Part shown: positions 25,975 through 38,045 of the stretch, one piece after another
How the letters are laid out: each line of letters begins with the position of its first letter
Position numbering within the stretch: the stretch's first letter is position 1
Source of the DNA: Octopus sinensis
Taxonomy: Eukaryota
DNA: 64,000 nucleotides
NCBI RefSeq assembly: GCF_006345805.1
Contig: NC_043022.1
Location: 6,882,001-6,946,000, forward strand
Reading direction: 5' to 3'
The notes under the pieces: generated by a model
What the model saw: only the letters and a program-made list of their open reading frames with translations
Told to the model about the DNA's origin: nothing
The model's database searches: none
Translations under genes and position numbers: made by a program

Positions 25975-26388
25975 AGCGCAGGAGTGGCTGTGTGGTAAGT
26001 AGCTTGCTTACCAACCACATGGTTCCGGGTTCAGTCCCACTGCGTGGCACCTTGGGTATGTGTCTTCTGCTATAGCCCCGGGCTGACCAATGCCTTGTGA
26101 GTGGATTTGGTAGACAGAAACTGAAAGAAGCCTGTCGTATATATGTATATATGTATATATATATGTGTGTGTGTATGTGTCTGTGTTTGTCCCCCCAACA
26201 TTGCTTGACAACCGATGCTGGTGTGTTTACGTCCCCGTCACTTAGCGGTTCGGCAAAAGAGACCGATAGAATAAGTACTGGGCTTACAAAGAATAAGTCC
26301 CGGGGTCGATTTGCTCGACTAAAGGCGGTGCTCCAGCATGGCCGCAGTCAAATGACTGAAACAAGTAAAAGAGTAAAGAGTAAAAGAG
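25975..26388 (+). mobile_element. SINE family A, full length
   Basis: Head to tail; ATACACACAC..CGTA on both flanks. Confidence 0.9.
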
Positions 26389-26782
26389 ATACACACACAC
26401 ACGTATGTATTGTTGTACTTGAGGATGGTAATTTTCCTTTTGCCAAATAAACACATGCACAATATACTTGTTCTTCACTCATCTATTACTGTTCTTATTC
26501 TAACTCATGTCCATCGTCTGGAAATCTTTTGTCACACATCTGTGACCTCTTCAGCGACATTTTTCGTTTTTGTGTATATCTGTCTATAGATATATATAAT
26601 GTGTGTGTGTGTGTGTATATCTGTCTATATATATAGTTCAAATGTACAGAAAACAAAAGACTGACTAAGACAGGTGAGGGAACACCAAGCAGGTGTAGTA
26701 GTTTGACGCTCAGGAAGAATGGAAAAGTCTTTGATATTTTGAGCCTACACTCTTCAGCAGAAAGGGACGAGTGGAAAATATG

Positions 26783-26818
<36 letters not shown>

Positions 26819-26923
26819 TGGGGAGAGGAAATGTGTCGGTATTAATGGTTTCACATGGTGAAATACATACATTTATGTATGTATATATGTATGTATACAT
26901 GCATATATGTATGTATATGTGTT

Positions 26924-26971
<48 letters not shown>

Positions 26972-27242
26972 AAAAAGGAGATGTGGAACACGAGTTGTGA
27001 TATATAAAAAAGGAAATGAAGAAAATGCTGACAAAATGATTTAAGTAATTTAAGTAATTTAATTAGGTGAAAGTTCTTTTTACCGGTTGCGCATTTGTTA
27101 TGCTTATCAAAAGATATTTTTTTAAGAGAGATAGAGTTCCTTTCTGATAGATTTTTTCCTCTTATCTATATTTTTCCTCTATATATATATATATATATAC
27201 ACACACATGTTAAGATGACAACTATCAAAACAAAGCTGCTGA

Positions 27243-27289
<47 letters not shown>

Positions 27290-28888
27290 CCTACCGTGCT
27301 GGGGAGAAGACCTATGAAGCCAATTCAGATTGTAGTCATGGCTGATGTCAGTGTGGCAGCCGTGCCAGTGGCACGTAAAAGCACCCACTATACTCGGGGG
27401 GGGGAGTAGTTGGCATTAAGGAGGGCATGCAGGTGTAGAAACCATGCCAAACCAAAGTGGAACCTGGTGCAGCTCTACACCTTAGTGAAACCCTCCAACC
27501 CATGCCAGCATGGAAAGCGGATGTTAAATGATGAGGATGATGATGATTATGTTGATGATGATGATATCAAGTGTTAGTGTTTCAACTGCAAAGCAAATAA
27601 TTAAAATGACATTAATTCTTTATTGTTGTAATCTATTTCTATTACACAACTCTAAATCTATTAATCTGGTGAGATAATCCCCTGTTCCCTCTCCTCTCCC
27701 ACTCAGTATGTGTGTGTGTGTGAATATTTGTGTATATCTATCCCCCCACTTTGTATATATACATATATATACACACACATTCTTGTAACCTATTGATGAT
27801 GTTAGCAGTCGTTACATTGTAGTTGTTGACTAATGTATTCATAATAATAATAATAATAATAATAATAATCCACTTTTAATCTGCTCTGAGCTCCTTGCTC
27901 GAAGATCATGATGTAATTTTTCTCATGGATTAACAGGAATGATCCAGACAAGCTGCATATATAATTGGATTGTCAGATTAAAACAACTACTACTGTGTCC
28001 CAGAGATGTTCTACCTTTGCAGGTTCGATGACCTAAAACAACTTAATGTTTGGTCTTATTTGATATTTTGTTGAACATGTTGTTGTTGCTGTTGTTGTTG
28101 AGGAAGAGCAACCAACAGCAGTGAGTGGATAGCGTTGAAGGAAGAGGAGATAATTGGCTGGCATCATCAGTGAAATAAGCCAGCCTGCTACAGCTGACTG
28201 AAGAATTATGTCATGGATTTAATATCTTTTGTTGTTTAGTAAAATGTGTGTTCAGTCATTAGACTGTGGCCATGCTGGGGTACCACCTTGATGAATTTCT
28301 GGTTGAATGAACTGACCCAAATACTTATCATCATCATCATCATATCATCGTTTAGCGTCCGTTTTCCATGCTAGCATGGGTTGGACGGTTCTACTGGGGT
28401 CTGTGAAGCCAGAAGGCTTCATCAGGCCCAGTCAGATCTGGCAGTGTTTCTACGGCTGGATGCCCTTCCTAATGCCAACCACTCCGTTTGTTTTAAAACC
28501 TGGCCCTTGTTCTATCAGTCTACTTTGCTGAACTTCCATGTAAACACACCAATACCGTTTGTCAGTGGTGGTGGGGACAAACACACACACATGATAGGCT
28601 TCTTTCAGTTTCCGTCTACCAAATCCACTCATAAGGCTTTGATTAGCTGAAGTCTATAGCAGAAGACACTTGCTCAAGGTACCACACAGTGAGACCGAAC
28701 CTGGAACCATATGGTTGGGAAGCAAGCTTCTTACCACACAGCCACACGTGCACCTATCAATATATTGATAGTTTTCATTTTCACTTTGACTGGTTTCAGT
28801 CACTGAATGTGGCCATGCTGGGGCACTTTATATTGACCTCAGTACATTGCTGTAAGTAGAGATAATTTAGGGGACATCAATATGAGAA

Positions 28889-29127
28889 GACCTATTTCTG
28901 TATTACCCACAAGGGGCTAAACATAGAGGGGACAAACAAGGACAGACATAGGTATTAAGTCGATTACATCGACCCCCAGTGCGTAACTGGTGCTTAATTT
29001 ATCGACCCCTGAAGGATGAAAGGCAAAGTCAACCTCGGCGGAATTTGAACTCAGAACGTAACAGCAGACGAAATACGGCTACGCATTTTGCCTGGCGTGC
29101 TAACGTTTCTGCCAGCTCGCCGCCTTT
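28889..29127 (-). mobile_element. SINE family B, full length
   Basis: Reverse complement of 46040-46278; flanked by TSD-like TATGAGAAGACC. Confidence 0.9.
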
Positions 29128-30076
29128 ATGAGAAGACCAAGGAATTGGGGTGAGGGTGTGTGTGGAATATAGTGTAATGAAGAAATCTAAAATATTGTCC
29201 ATCCTCTTGGAAAAATTTGGTGAAGATCAGAGACACACAAACACCCTAAATAAGGCCAACCCAAGTCCTGGACTTTGTCTTTTCTTGGGACTAAGTCTGA
29301 CCCAGAAACATGCTGTGTCTCCTCTCTCTCTTTGACCACTACTACTACATCTTCTGCTCCTTGACCCTGTCTCATGTCACCCTCATCCAGCTGCTCCGAC
29401 TCACACTTTTACCCTTGTCCCCTAATCCTTCTACACCCGGATCATCAGATCATAGAATTGGTTGCTCTCTCACTCTACATGTTTTTCCTTCTTCTTCTTC
29501 TTCTTCTTCTTCTTCTTCTTCTTCTTCTTCTTCTTCTTCTTCTTCTTCTTCTTCTTCTTCTCTTCTTCATTCTTCTTCTTCTTCTTCTTCTTCTTCTCCT
29601 TCTTCTTCAAGGTAGTGAGCTGGCAGAATTGTTAGCACACCGGGCAAAAATGCTTAGTGGTATTTCATCTGCCATGGTCTACTTTGCCTTTTATCCTTTT
29701 GGGGGTCGATAAATTATGTACCCGTGAAATACTGGGTCAATGTAATTGAGTAGTCCCCTCTGCACCAAATTTCAAGTCTTGTGCCTCCATTAGAAAGGAT
29801 TATTATTATTATTTTTGCCTGTCCTTACGTTACAGTATTTTGCCCATTGCTACATTTTCAGTTTGTTCTTCCAGAGTGAATGTCCGCTTGTTAATGGTAG
29901 CATCGACCTTAAGCCTTCTTGGAGACCCCTGTTCTCTCCCTTCTGCCACATCAAACATCCACCAACCACCCATTCCTCACCAAAACCTTCTCTTTTCTGA
30001 CAGACTTCCTCAAATTTACCCTTTATACACTCACTCTTGTATTCACATATGCATCCATGTACACATACTCCAACAT

Positions 30077-30118
<42 letters not shown>

Positions 30119-31227
30119 ACACACACATACACACACACACATCCACACACACTCACACACACATCCACACACACACACATACACACACACACATACACAC
30201 ACACACATACACACAACACAATCCACACACTCACACACACATCCACACACACACACACACACACACACACATGCACACACACACATATCCACACACACAT
30301 ACACACACACATCCACACACACACAAACACACAAACACACACACACATCCACACACACACACACACACAATATCCACACACACTCACACACACATGCACA
30401 TATTTGCAGAAATACATACACAACACATGCTTATGTGGCGACACATACGCACATGCCGATAATCACATAATTATATAAATGTTCATATATACCCACATGC
30501 ATACGCATACAGATAGTACCATAGATACATAATTATGCACACATACACACACACAAACTCTCACACTCATACACATACAGATTCATACACATACACATAC
30601 ATGCACACAACACCCTCTTCCTGAACCCCCCTCCCACCTCTCCCCTATAATAAACCTGGGTGGGGCCACTATTAAGTGCTGCCAACATCATAATAATAGA
30701 AACGGGGGGGTGGGTGGGTGGGGGGTTTGTAGGGGTGAGGTGGAATTCCTACATGTCATTGAGTGATGTGGGAGGAGGAGAGTAGAGAGAGAGGGTGGGG
30801 TGGAGGAGTAGACAAGCAATTGTGGCAAGGAGACCTTGTGGGTCTGTGATGGAGAGGAAATAGAATTTGGTGGGGGTGGGTTATCTTTTAATCTTTGCAG
30901 CTGGCAACGGTGGGGAGAGGAGGAGGAGGAGGTGGGGACAGAGCTGTTGTATTGAAGTGTTGCTGTTGTTTAACCCTGGGAGTCAGTCCTGATAGAGGTA
31001 TGCAGACAGACCCGTGACTAAATGTCATTCCAACCATGACCAAGCCAATTGAATGTCAGCTTCATTAATGCATCAGATTGAATGACGTGCAGTATTTATT
31101 CGTGGCCCTTTACGTTCTGAATTCAAATTCCACTGAGGTCCACTTTGCCTTTTCATTCTTTTAGGGGTCAAGGAAATAAGTACTAGTCATGTACTTAGGA
31201 TCAATGTAATCAATCATTCAAGACCTA

Positions 31228-31297
31228 CTATATTAGTGCTTGCGTCCACTCAGAGTGGAGATGTCTCCACTCTAAGTGGACGCAAGCACTAATATAG
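31228..31297. repeat. Hairpin palindrome, 34-bp arms, 1 mismatch, 2-nt loop
   Basis: 31228-31261 versus 31264-31297. Confidence 0.95.
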
Positions 31298-31457
31298 GAT
31301 TTATAAAAACATGCGACTTATTAATAAATATCTGTAAATATAAATCCATCCAGATTTCTGAGTACGTTTCTAACATATAATACCTGTACATCACCTCCAA
31401 ACCTTCTAATATATGCATATATATAATATCTATATATGTCTGTATGTCTGTCTGTTG

Positions 31458-31521
<64 letters not shown>

Positions 31522-31887
31522 CATACACACACACATACATACACACACACAGAACCACACTTGTATATATACACATATTTATACACATATATGCACACAT
31601 GTGTATGTATATGCATGCATAGTCATATACTTACACTTATAGATACACACATACTTGTGTGCATATATACACATACACATATATACGCTTGTACACATAT
31701 GTACCCTCACATGTATAGATATCCATCCTCACAGCATGTAAGGCCAAGTGTGTCGTTCGGTGACATAGAAAAGCATTTACATCATCAGAATTCAAAGACC
31801 GTGGTTTCATTGAGGTGTGTAGATAACTTGCTGTTACCCACAGATGCACACTCGGACTCAAATTCGTACATATACACTCATACAGAT

Positions 31888-32270
31888 GGAAGCACTCCGT
31901 TGGTTACGACGACGAGGGTTCCGGTTGATCCGAATCAACGGAACAGCCTGTTCGTGAAATTAACGTGTAAGTGGCTGAGCACTCCACAGACACGTGTACC
32001 CTTAACGTAGTTCTCGGAGATATTTAGCGTGACACAGAGAGTGACAAGCCGGCCCTTTTGAAATACAGGTACAACAGAAACAGAAGTAAGAGTGAGAGAA
32101 AGTTGTGGTGAAAGAGTACAGCAGGGATCACCACCATCCCCTGCCGGAGCCTCGTGGAGCTTTAGGTGTTTTCGCTCAATAAACACTCACAACGCTCGGT
32201 CTGGGAATTGAAACCGCGATCCTATGACCGCGAGTCCGCTGCCCTAACCACTGGGCCATTGCGCCTCCAC
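31888..32270 (-). mobile_element. SINE family C, full length
   Basis: Near-identical to 11388-11770; perfect TSD CTCATACAGAT (31877-31887, 32271-32281). Confidence 0.92.
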
Positions 32271-33028
32271 CTCATACAGATACACACTGGTACATATACA
32301 CGTACATACATACAACCACACTGGCAGACATACTAACATAGATAGATGAATACACACACAAGCATGCACACACCACCACACACATACTATCATACATGCA
32401 TTTATACACACACACACACACACCACACACACACACACACTCTCATATACAATGAAGTATGTGTGCGTGTGACACCCCCCGCCCGTTCCCCTACACACGG
32501 ATACTGTAATAATGGTGAGAGTTACTGAACCTCTGAAAAGCTGTCAAGTAGTTCAGAAATGGCAGCTAGCCGCAGACTTCCTGTTGTAGTGTGTTAGTAA
32601 TAAGAAACTGGTGTATCCTTGACTCAACGAAGGACGAGCCTGTATCAACCCGTCAGAAACAGCAGCCAAATCTCCCTCAACTCACACCTACACATTGAAT
32701 AATGAAGTTAGTGTTAGCTACCACTTGATCAACTAAAAAGGCAGGGTGGTTGGAGCTGAAACATTGATTGTTTCAATGAGTCTGCTTTGATCATGGCTGA
32801 CCTGGGTGTATGTGTGTGTAAATGTGTATGTTTGTGTGTGTGTGTGTGTGTGTGTGTGCATGTATATATATAAATACACATACACACGTCTACCTCTGAT
32901 GAGTGCAAGGTTACATAATTGGACTGTTACCTAACACTTCATTGAACCCCTACTGATTGGTAAGATCAGCTGTAATAGATATATCATATTGTACATCTTG
33001 ATTGATATATACACATACATATATATAA

Positions 33029-33192
33029 GGCGCAGGAGTGGCTGTGTGTAAGTAGCTTGCTAACCAACCACATGGTTCCGGGTTCAGTCCCACTGCGTGG
33101 CATCTTGGCAGTGTCTTCTACTATAGCCCCGGGCCGACCAATGCCTTGTGAGTGGATTTGGTAGATGGAAACTGAAGAAGACTGTCGTATAT

Positions 33193-33228
<36 letters not shown>

Positions 33229-33232
33229 ATTA

Positions 33233-33267
<35 letters not shown>

Positions 33268-33500
33268 TGTGTGTGTGTGTGTGTATGTGTTTGTGTGTCT
33301 GTGTTTGTCCCCCTAGCATTGCTTGACAACCGATGCTGGTGTGTTTACGTCCCCGTCACTTAGCGGTTTGGCAAAAGAGACTGATTGAATAAGTACTGGG
33401 CTTCCAAAGAATAAGTCCCGGGGTCGATTTCCTCGACTAAAGGTGGTGCTCCAGCATGGCTGCAGTCAAATGACTGAAACAAGTAAAAGAGTAAAAGAGT
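33029..33500 (+). mobile_element. SINE family A, full length
   Basis: Head to tail; ATACATATATAT on both flanks. Confidence 0.9.
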
Positions 33501-33510
33501 ATACATATAT

Positions 33511-33680
33511 ATCACTTTGATCACTTTGACCGACCAGTCCGTCAGGCGTCCATTTGACACCGCTGGTCACAGCATGCTGTCCACTCTTCTCTGGATCACT
33601 TTTCTCATCCACGTGATCCCAATCGTCCCCTTGAAATCGTCTCTCCACCGTTGTGGAGGTCTTCCGGGTGGTCTTTCTAT
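33511..33680 (-). mobile_element. Short 3' end of another RTE-like LINE
   Basis: Minus strand RPPGRPPQRWRDDFKGTIGITWMR; tail (CAAAGTGAT)2. Confidence 0.65.
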
Positions 33681-33864
33681 ATAGTGCACAGAGGATATCC
33701 AGAGATTCTCAGTATAGAAGACAGTTAGTAGTGTTCCAATGATTCAACGTTTGATGTCTTTACAGGGGACCAATTCCTTGGGGTAAAGAATGGCTCCAAG
33801 AGGGATCAAGTTGAGCAGATATGCAGATAAACAAATTAGATATATTGAACATAACAGTTTGGGT

Positions 33865-35948
33865 CCTTCCTTTGGCATCCGTCCATCTCGAGAGACGATG
33901 GTGTAGCTCAGAAAAAGTGGTGGGTTTATCTGGACTTCCTGGTGTGGCTGTGCAGACCAATCATCGAGCGGCAGTCCCTACCACATCTGGTGTAAGTGAA
34001 AGGGGACGAGAGCTGTGGTTGCTGCTGCTGCTCCTTTCGCCTGGTTCTCTTTACTTTGGCAGTAGTGGTCCTCAGGTTCTCTGCTGTCATGGCACTGTGC
34101 TTGACACTGTGTCACCAGGCGCTTCTGTTGGCAGTGGCGAATTCCCATGTTTTGGGTGTTGATCTGGCATAGCTTTAGGTCTTTCTTGCAGATATCCTTG
34201 AAGCGCAGTTTGGGGCGTCCCATTGTTCTGGAGCCTTCCGCTAGCTGTCCGTACAGTAGATCTTTTGGAATCCATCCTGCATCCATTCGGCTGACATGAC
34301 CTAGCCACCGAAGACGCCTCTCACAGAGTGATGTTTACATGCTGTACATGTTGGCACGGTCCAAAACCTCTGTGTTAGTGATCCTGTCCTGCCATTTGAT
34401 ATGGAGAATGCGCAGCAGGCACCTCAGGTGGAAGCTATTGAGTTGTTTCTCATGTCGGGTGTAGGTGGTCCATGTCTCGCTTCCGTACAGCAGTATGCTC
34501 AGTATGCATGCTCGGTAAACTCTCAGTCTAGTATTCTTAGTGAGACTGGTGTTGTTCCATACCCATTTGTTAAGCTTGGCCTTTGCTGCTGTTGCCTTGC
34601 CGATTCTGCTCGTAACCTCTGTGTTGATGGACACAAGAGTTGGATATAGTGGGCCCGAGATAGGTGAAATTGTCGACCACTGCTAGGCTGTAGCCATCTA
34701 TGCAGATTGATGGGTTATGCTCTGCACCCTGCACCATGACGTCTGTCTTCTTCAGGCTGATATTTAGACCAAATTCTTTGTAGGCGTGGGACATGCAGCT
34801 CACAAGTTCTTGGAGCCCAGTTTCTGTGTGTGATGTCAGTGCTGCGTCATCTGCGAAGAGCATCTCTCGAATGAGTATCTTAGCGACTTTGGTTTTGGCT
34901 CATAGACGGGCGATGTTGAAAAGCTATCCGTCGCACCTGGTGTTGATGTAGACTCCCTCCTTGCTGGTCTTAAAAGCAAACTGTAGGAGCAGCGAGAAGA
35001 ATATTCCGAAGAGTGTTGGTGCAAGAACACAACCTTGTTTCATTCCGCTGTTGACTTCCGATATTGCGCTGTTGTAGCAGACAGTGCTGTGCATGTTGTT
35101 GTGGAATGAGGTTTTCACTTTGAGCAGGTGCGGTGGGCATCCTATCTTCTGTAGAAGTGTAAAGAGTCCATTCCTGCTGACGAGATCGAATGCCTGGGTG
35201 AGGTCAATGAAGGCTATATAGAGAGGCATCTGTTGTTCTCGGCACTTCTCTTGCAGTTGTCGTAGTGAGAATATCATGCCCACTGTGGATCATCCTGCTC
35301 TGAAACCACACTGTGACTCTGGGTAAACACGGGTTTGCCAAGGTCTGTAGGGGCGCTGGTGTGACTCGTGCGAAACTTTACCGACCACACTGAGTAGAGA
35401 GATACCCCTGTAGTTGTTGCAGTCGCTGCGATCACCTTTCTTTTTGTACAGGGTGACAATTTTAGCATCTCTCATGTCTTGCGGTATGTGACCATGTTCC
35501 CATGAGAGGCAGAGTAGATCATGCAGGGGGTGTAGCAGTGCAGGTTTCCCACATTTGAGGATTTCTGATGGGATGCCATCGTTCCCGGGAGCCTTGCCAC
35601 AGGCTAGTGAGTCGATTGCCTTGCTGAGCTCTTCCAGTGTGGGTGGAGAGGGTCTAGTTCATTCATAACCGGTAGGACTGGGATAGCGTTGAGGGCCGGC
35701 TCTGTGACGACATTCTGTGTGGCATACAGTTCAGGGTAGGGCTCAGGCCAGCGCTGCATTTGTTTCTCCTGGTCTTGGATTATTACTCCCTCGTTGGTCT
35801 GGATAGGAGCCGTCTTGGTAGGAGCTGGGTCTGTTGCCTTCTTTATGCCCTCATACATCCCACGCACATTCCCTGAGTCTGCTGCACTCTGTATGCCATT
35901 GCAGAGGTTCAACCAGTAAGTGTTGGCGCAGCGCCGGGCTGTCTGCTG
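33865..35948 (-). mobile_element. RTE-clade (BovB-like) LINE, 5'-truncated, frameshifted reverse transcriptase
   Basis: QQTARRCANTYWLNLC, KKKGDRSDCNNYRGISLLS, LRQLQEKCREQQMPLYIAFIDL, GMKQGCVLAPTLF, LFADDAAL, ILLYGSETWT, LYGQLAEGSRTMGRPKLRFKD. Shares the TSD AACAGTTTGGGT with the adjacent rRNA piece. Confidence 0.95.
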
Positions 35949-35949
35949 A

Positions 35950-36396
35950 GAGGAAAAGAAACCAACCGGGATTCCCTAAGTAATGGCGAGTAAACCGGGA
36001 GAAGCCCTATGCCAAGTCTCGTCGGCCGCACTGGTTGTTGAGAGCTGTGGTGCAAGGATCATACACGGTCGATTGTTTCGCCCGGCTAGGTTCGGAGTCC
36101 CCTCGATCGGGGCTGCCCAGAGCAGGTGCCAGGCCCATTCGGAGCTGGCGGCGATCAGTGGTGTTCATTGGCTCGAGAGTCGGGTTGCTTGGGAATGCAG
36201 CCCAAAGTGGGTGGTAAGCTCCATCCAAAGCTAAATTCGGGGGCGAGTCCGATAGCCAACAAGTACCGCGAGGGAAAGTTGAAAAGACCTTTGGAGAGAG
36301 AGTTCAAGAGACCGTGAAACCGCCCAGTGCGCTGCCCTCGACTTGGACTAGATTACCCGCCGAACTTAAGCATATTGCTAAGCGGAGAAAAAGAAC
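35950..36396 (+). pseudogene. 28S rRNA 5'-domain fragment, circularly permuted retrocopy
   Basis: Conserved LSU motifs GAGGAAAAGAAACCAAC, GAGTCGGGTTGCTTGGGAATGCAGCCCAAAG, AACAAGTACCGCGAGGGAAAGTTGAAAAG and GAGAGTTCAAGAG..CGTGAAACCG (35950 to about 36327) are followed by the true 5' end ACCCGCCGAACTTAAGCATAT..AAGCGGAG (about 36334-36396). Confidence 0.93.
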
Positions 36397-37424
36397 AGTT
36401 TGGGTATGAAACACAAAACATGTCTCTGTGTATACAAGCAAAACGATAGCAAGCAAAAAGTGGAGACTTTCAGGCGATGAATGTCTAAGTATATTCTTTA
36501 TCTGAAAGTCTTCAGTTTTTGCTTTCTCTCGTTTTACATGTATACATCATCACCATCATCATCATCATCATTTAATGTCCATTTTCCATGCTGGCATGGG
36601 TTGGACTGTTTGATAGGAGCTGACCAGCTGAAGGGCTGTTCAGGCTCCAGCTGTCTATTTTGGCATGGTTTCTTCTGCTGGATGCCCTTCCTAATGCCAA
36701 CCACTTTACAGGGTGGACTGGGGGCCTTTTATGTGTCTCCAGCACCTACAAGCCCACAAGATTAGGGATGCTCAGATGGAGAGGGTTGCAGGGGGCAACC
36801 ATGTTTTTACTTAGCTTGACGTGCGTGTGTTTGTTTCTGCATTTCTTGCCATGAATACTATTGAGACAATGTTGGTTTGTTTGTGTTCCTTACAAACGAA
36901 AAGTCCAGCTGTTGGGCTGCGAGACTTTATAAAAACCTTACTGGAAAAATATCAAATAGGAGTTGGTGTCAGCAGGGATGCTGGCTCCTAGATTACAGTC
37001 GTGAAATGTCTCGTGTAATCCATGCCAGCATAGAAAAGCAGATGTAAAAACAATGATGATGATGATGATGATATCCACACGAGGCGTTCATTCATTCATA
37101 AGATGGCTGTTCAAATGCCTGAGTTCCTTTTTCTCTTGTTCTTGATTGAGACGTGAAGTCACACACACACACACACACGTCCACTCAATGAAGGAATTGC
37201 TATACATTTGCTTGATCTGCTAGAAATAGCAGTCAACTCACACTCAAATCATATCTTACCAACTTCAACAAAAACAGACACATTGGAGACTGGTGTAGTT
37301 GTAAATACACTGCGTGAATTATAGATGAGATGGTCACAACTGGAGTGTCAGTGATCATAAAACTGCTTCCAAGCTGACTGTTGCCTAAACACCCGCTTCC
37401 TGCCTGGTCATTTATAAGAGACAT

Positions 37425-37593
37425 TCTGCAGTCATTAGACCATGGTCATGCTGGGGCACTGCCTTGAGGAATTTTTAGTTGAATGAATCCACCACAAAAC
37501 TTATTCTATCAGTTTCTTTTCTTTTGCTGAACCACAAGTTATGAGGATGTAAACACACCAACACTGGTTGCCATGCAGTAGTGGTGGACAAAG

Positions 37594-37651
<58 letters not shown>

Positions 37652-38045
37652 GCATGTCAGCCCGCATAGCTCAGTCGATAGAGCATCAGACTTTTAAGAA
37701 CTGGCCTGTTATGAAATCTGAGGGTCGCAGGTTCAAGTCCCTCTGTGGGCGACGATTTTTCTTTTGACTGATAGAATAAGCACTCGGCTTACAAAAGAAT
37801 AAGTCCCGGGGTCGAGTTGCTCGATTAAAGGCGGTGCTCCAGCATGGCCACAGTCAAATGACTGAAACAAATAAAAGAGTAAAAGAGTAATATATATGCA
37901 ACAGGCTTCATTTTAGTTTCTGTCTACCAAATCCCTTCACAAGGCTTTGGTCACCCAGTAGGAGACGCTTGCCCAGGGTGCCATACTATGTGATTGAACC
38001 GAGGACTATGTGGTTGGGAAACAAACGTCTTTACCATACTGCCCT
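37425..38045 (-). mobile_element. Old SINE family A copy hosting the tRNA-SINE chimera
   Basis: The family A sequence resumes at 37901 after the insertion. Confidence 0.8.
37660..37751 (+). tRNA. tRNA-Lys(UUU) with 19-nt intron (37697-37715); probably a pseudogene/retrocopy
   Basis: Acceptor GCCCGCA/TGTGGGC, D stem GCTC/GAGC, anticodon stem TCAGA/TCTGA, anticodon TTT at 37693-95, intron between positions 37 and 38, T loop TTCAAGT, downstream TTTTT. Defects: D-loop GG>GA and two T-stem mismatches. Confidence 0.85.

Noticed and set aside
27880-28220. Possible exon(s) in unique sequence
   Set aside because: No convincing splice-site pair with an open frame or recognisable protein similarity.
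32894-32960. CTGATGA motif as a further hammerhead
   Set aside because: No properly placed GAAA or stem I/III pairing found.
35983-36317. ORFs overlapping the rRNA fragment
   Set aside because: Chance frames in GC-rich rRNA sequence.
35950-36396. Functional rDNA unit or R2-type site-specific insertion in 28S
   Set aside because: Only about 445 bp, permuted, with no 18S/5.8S nearby. The neighbour is an RTE-clade LINE, the R2 target lies in the 3' part of 28S, and the TSD lies outside both pieces.
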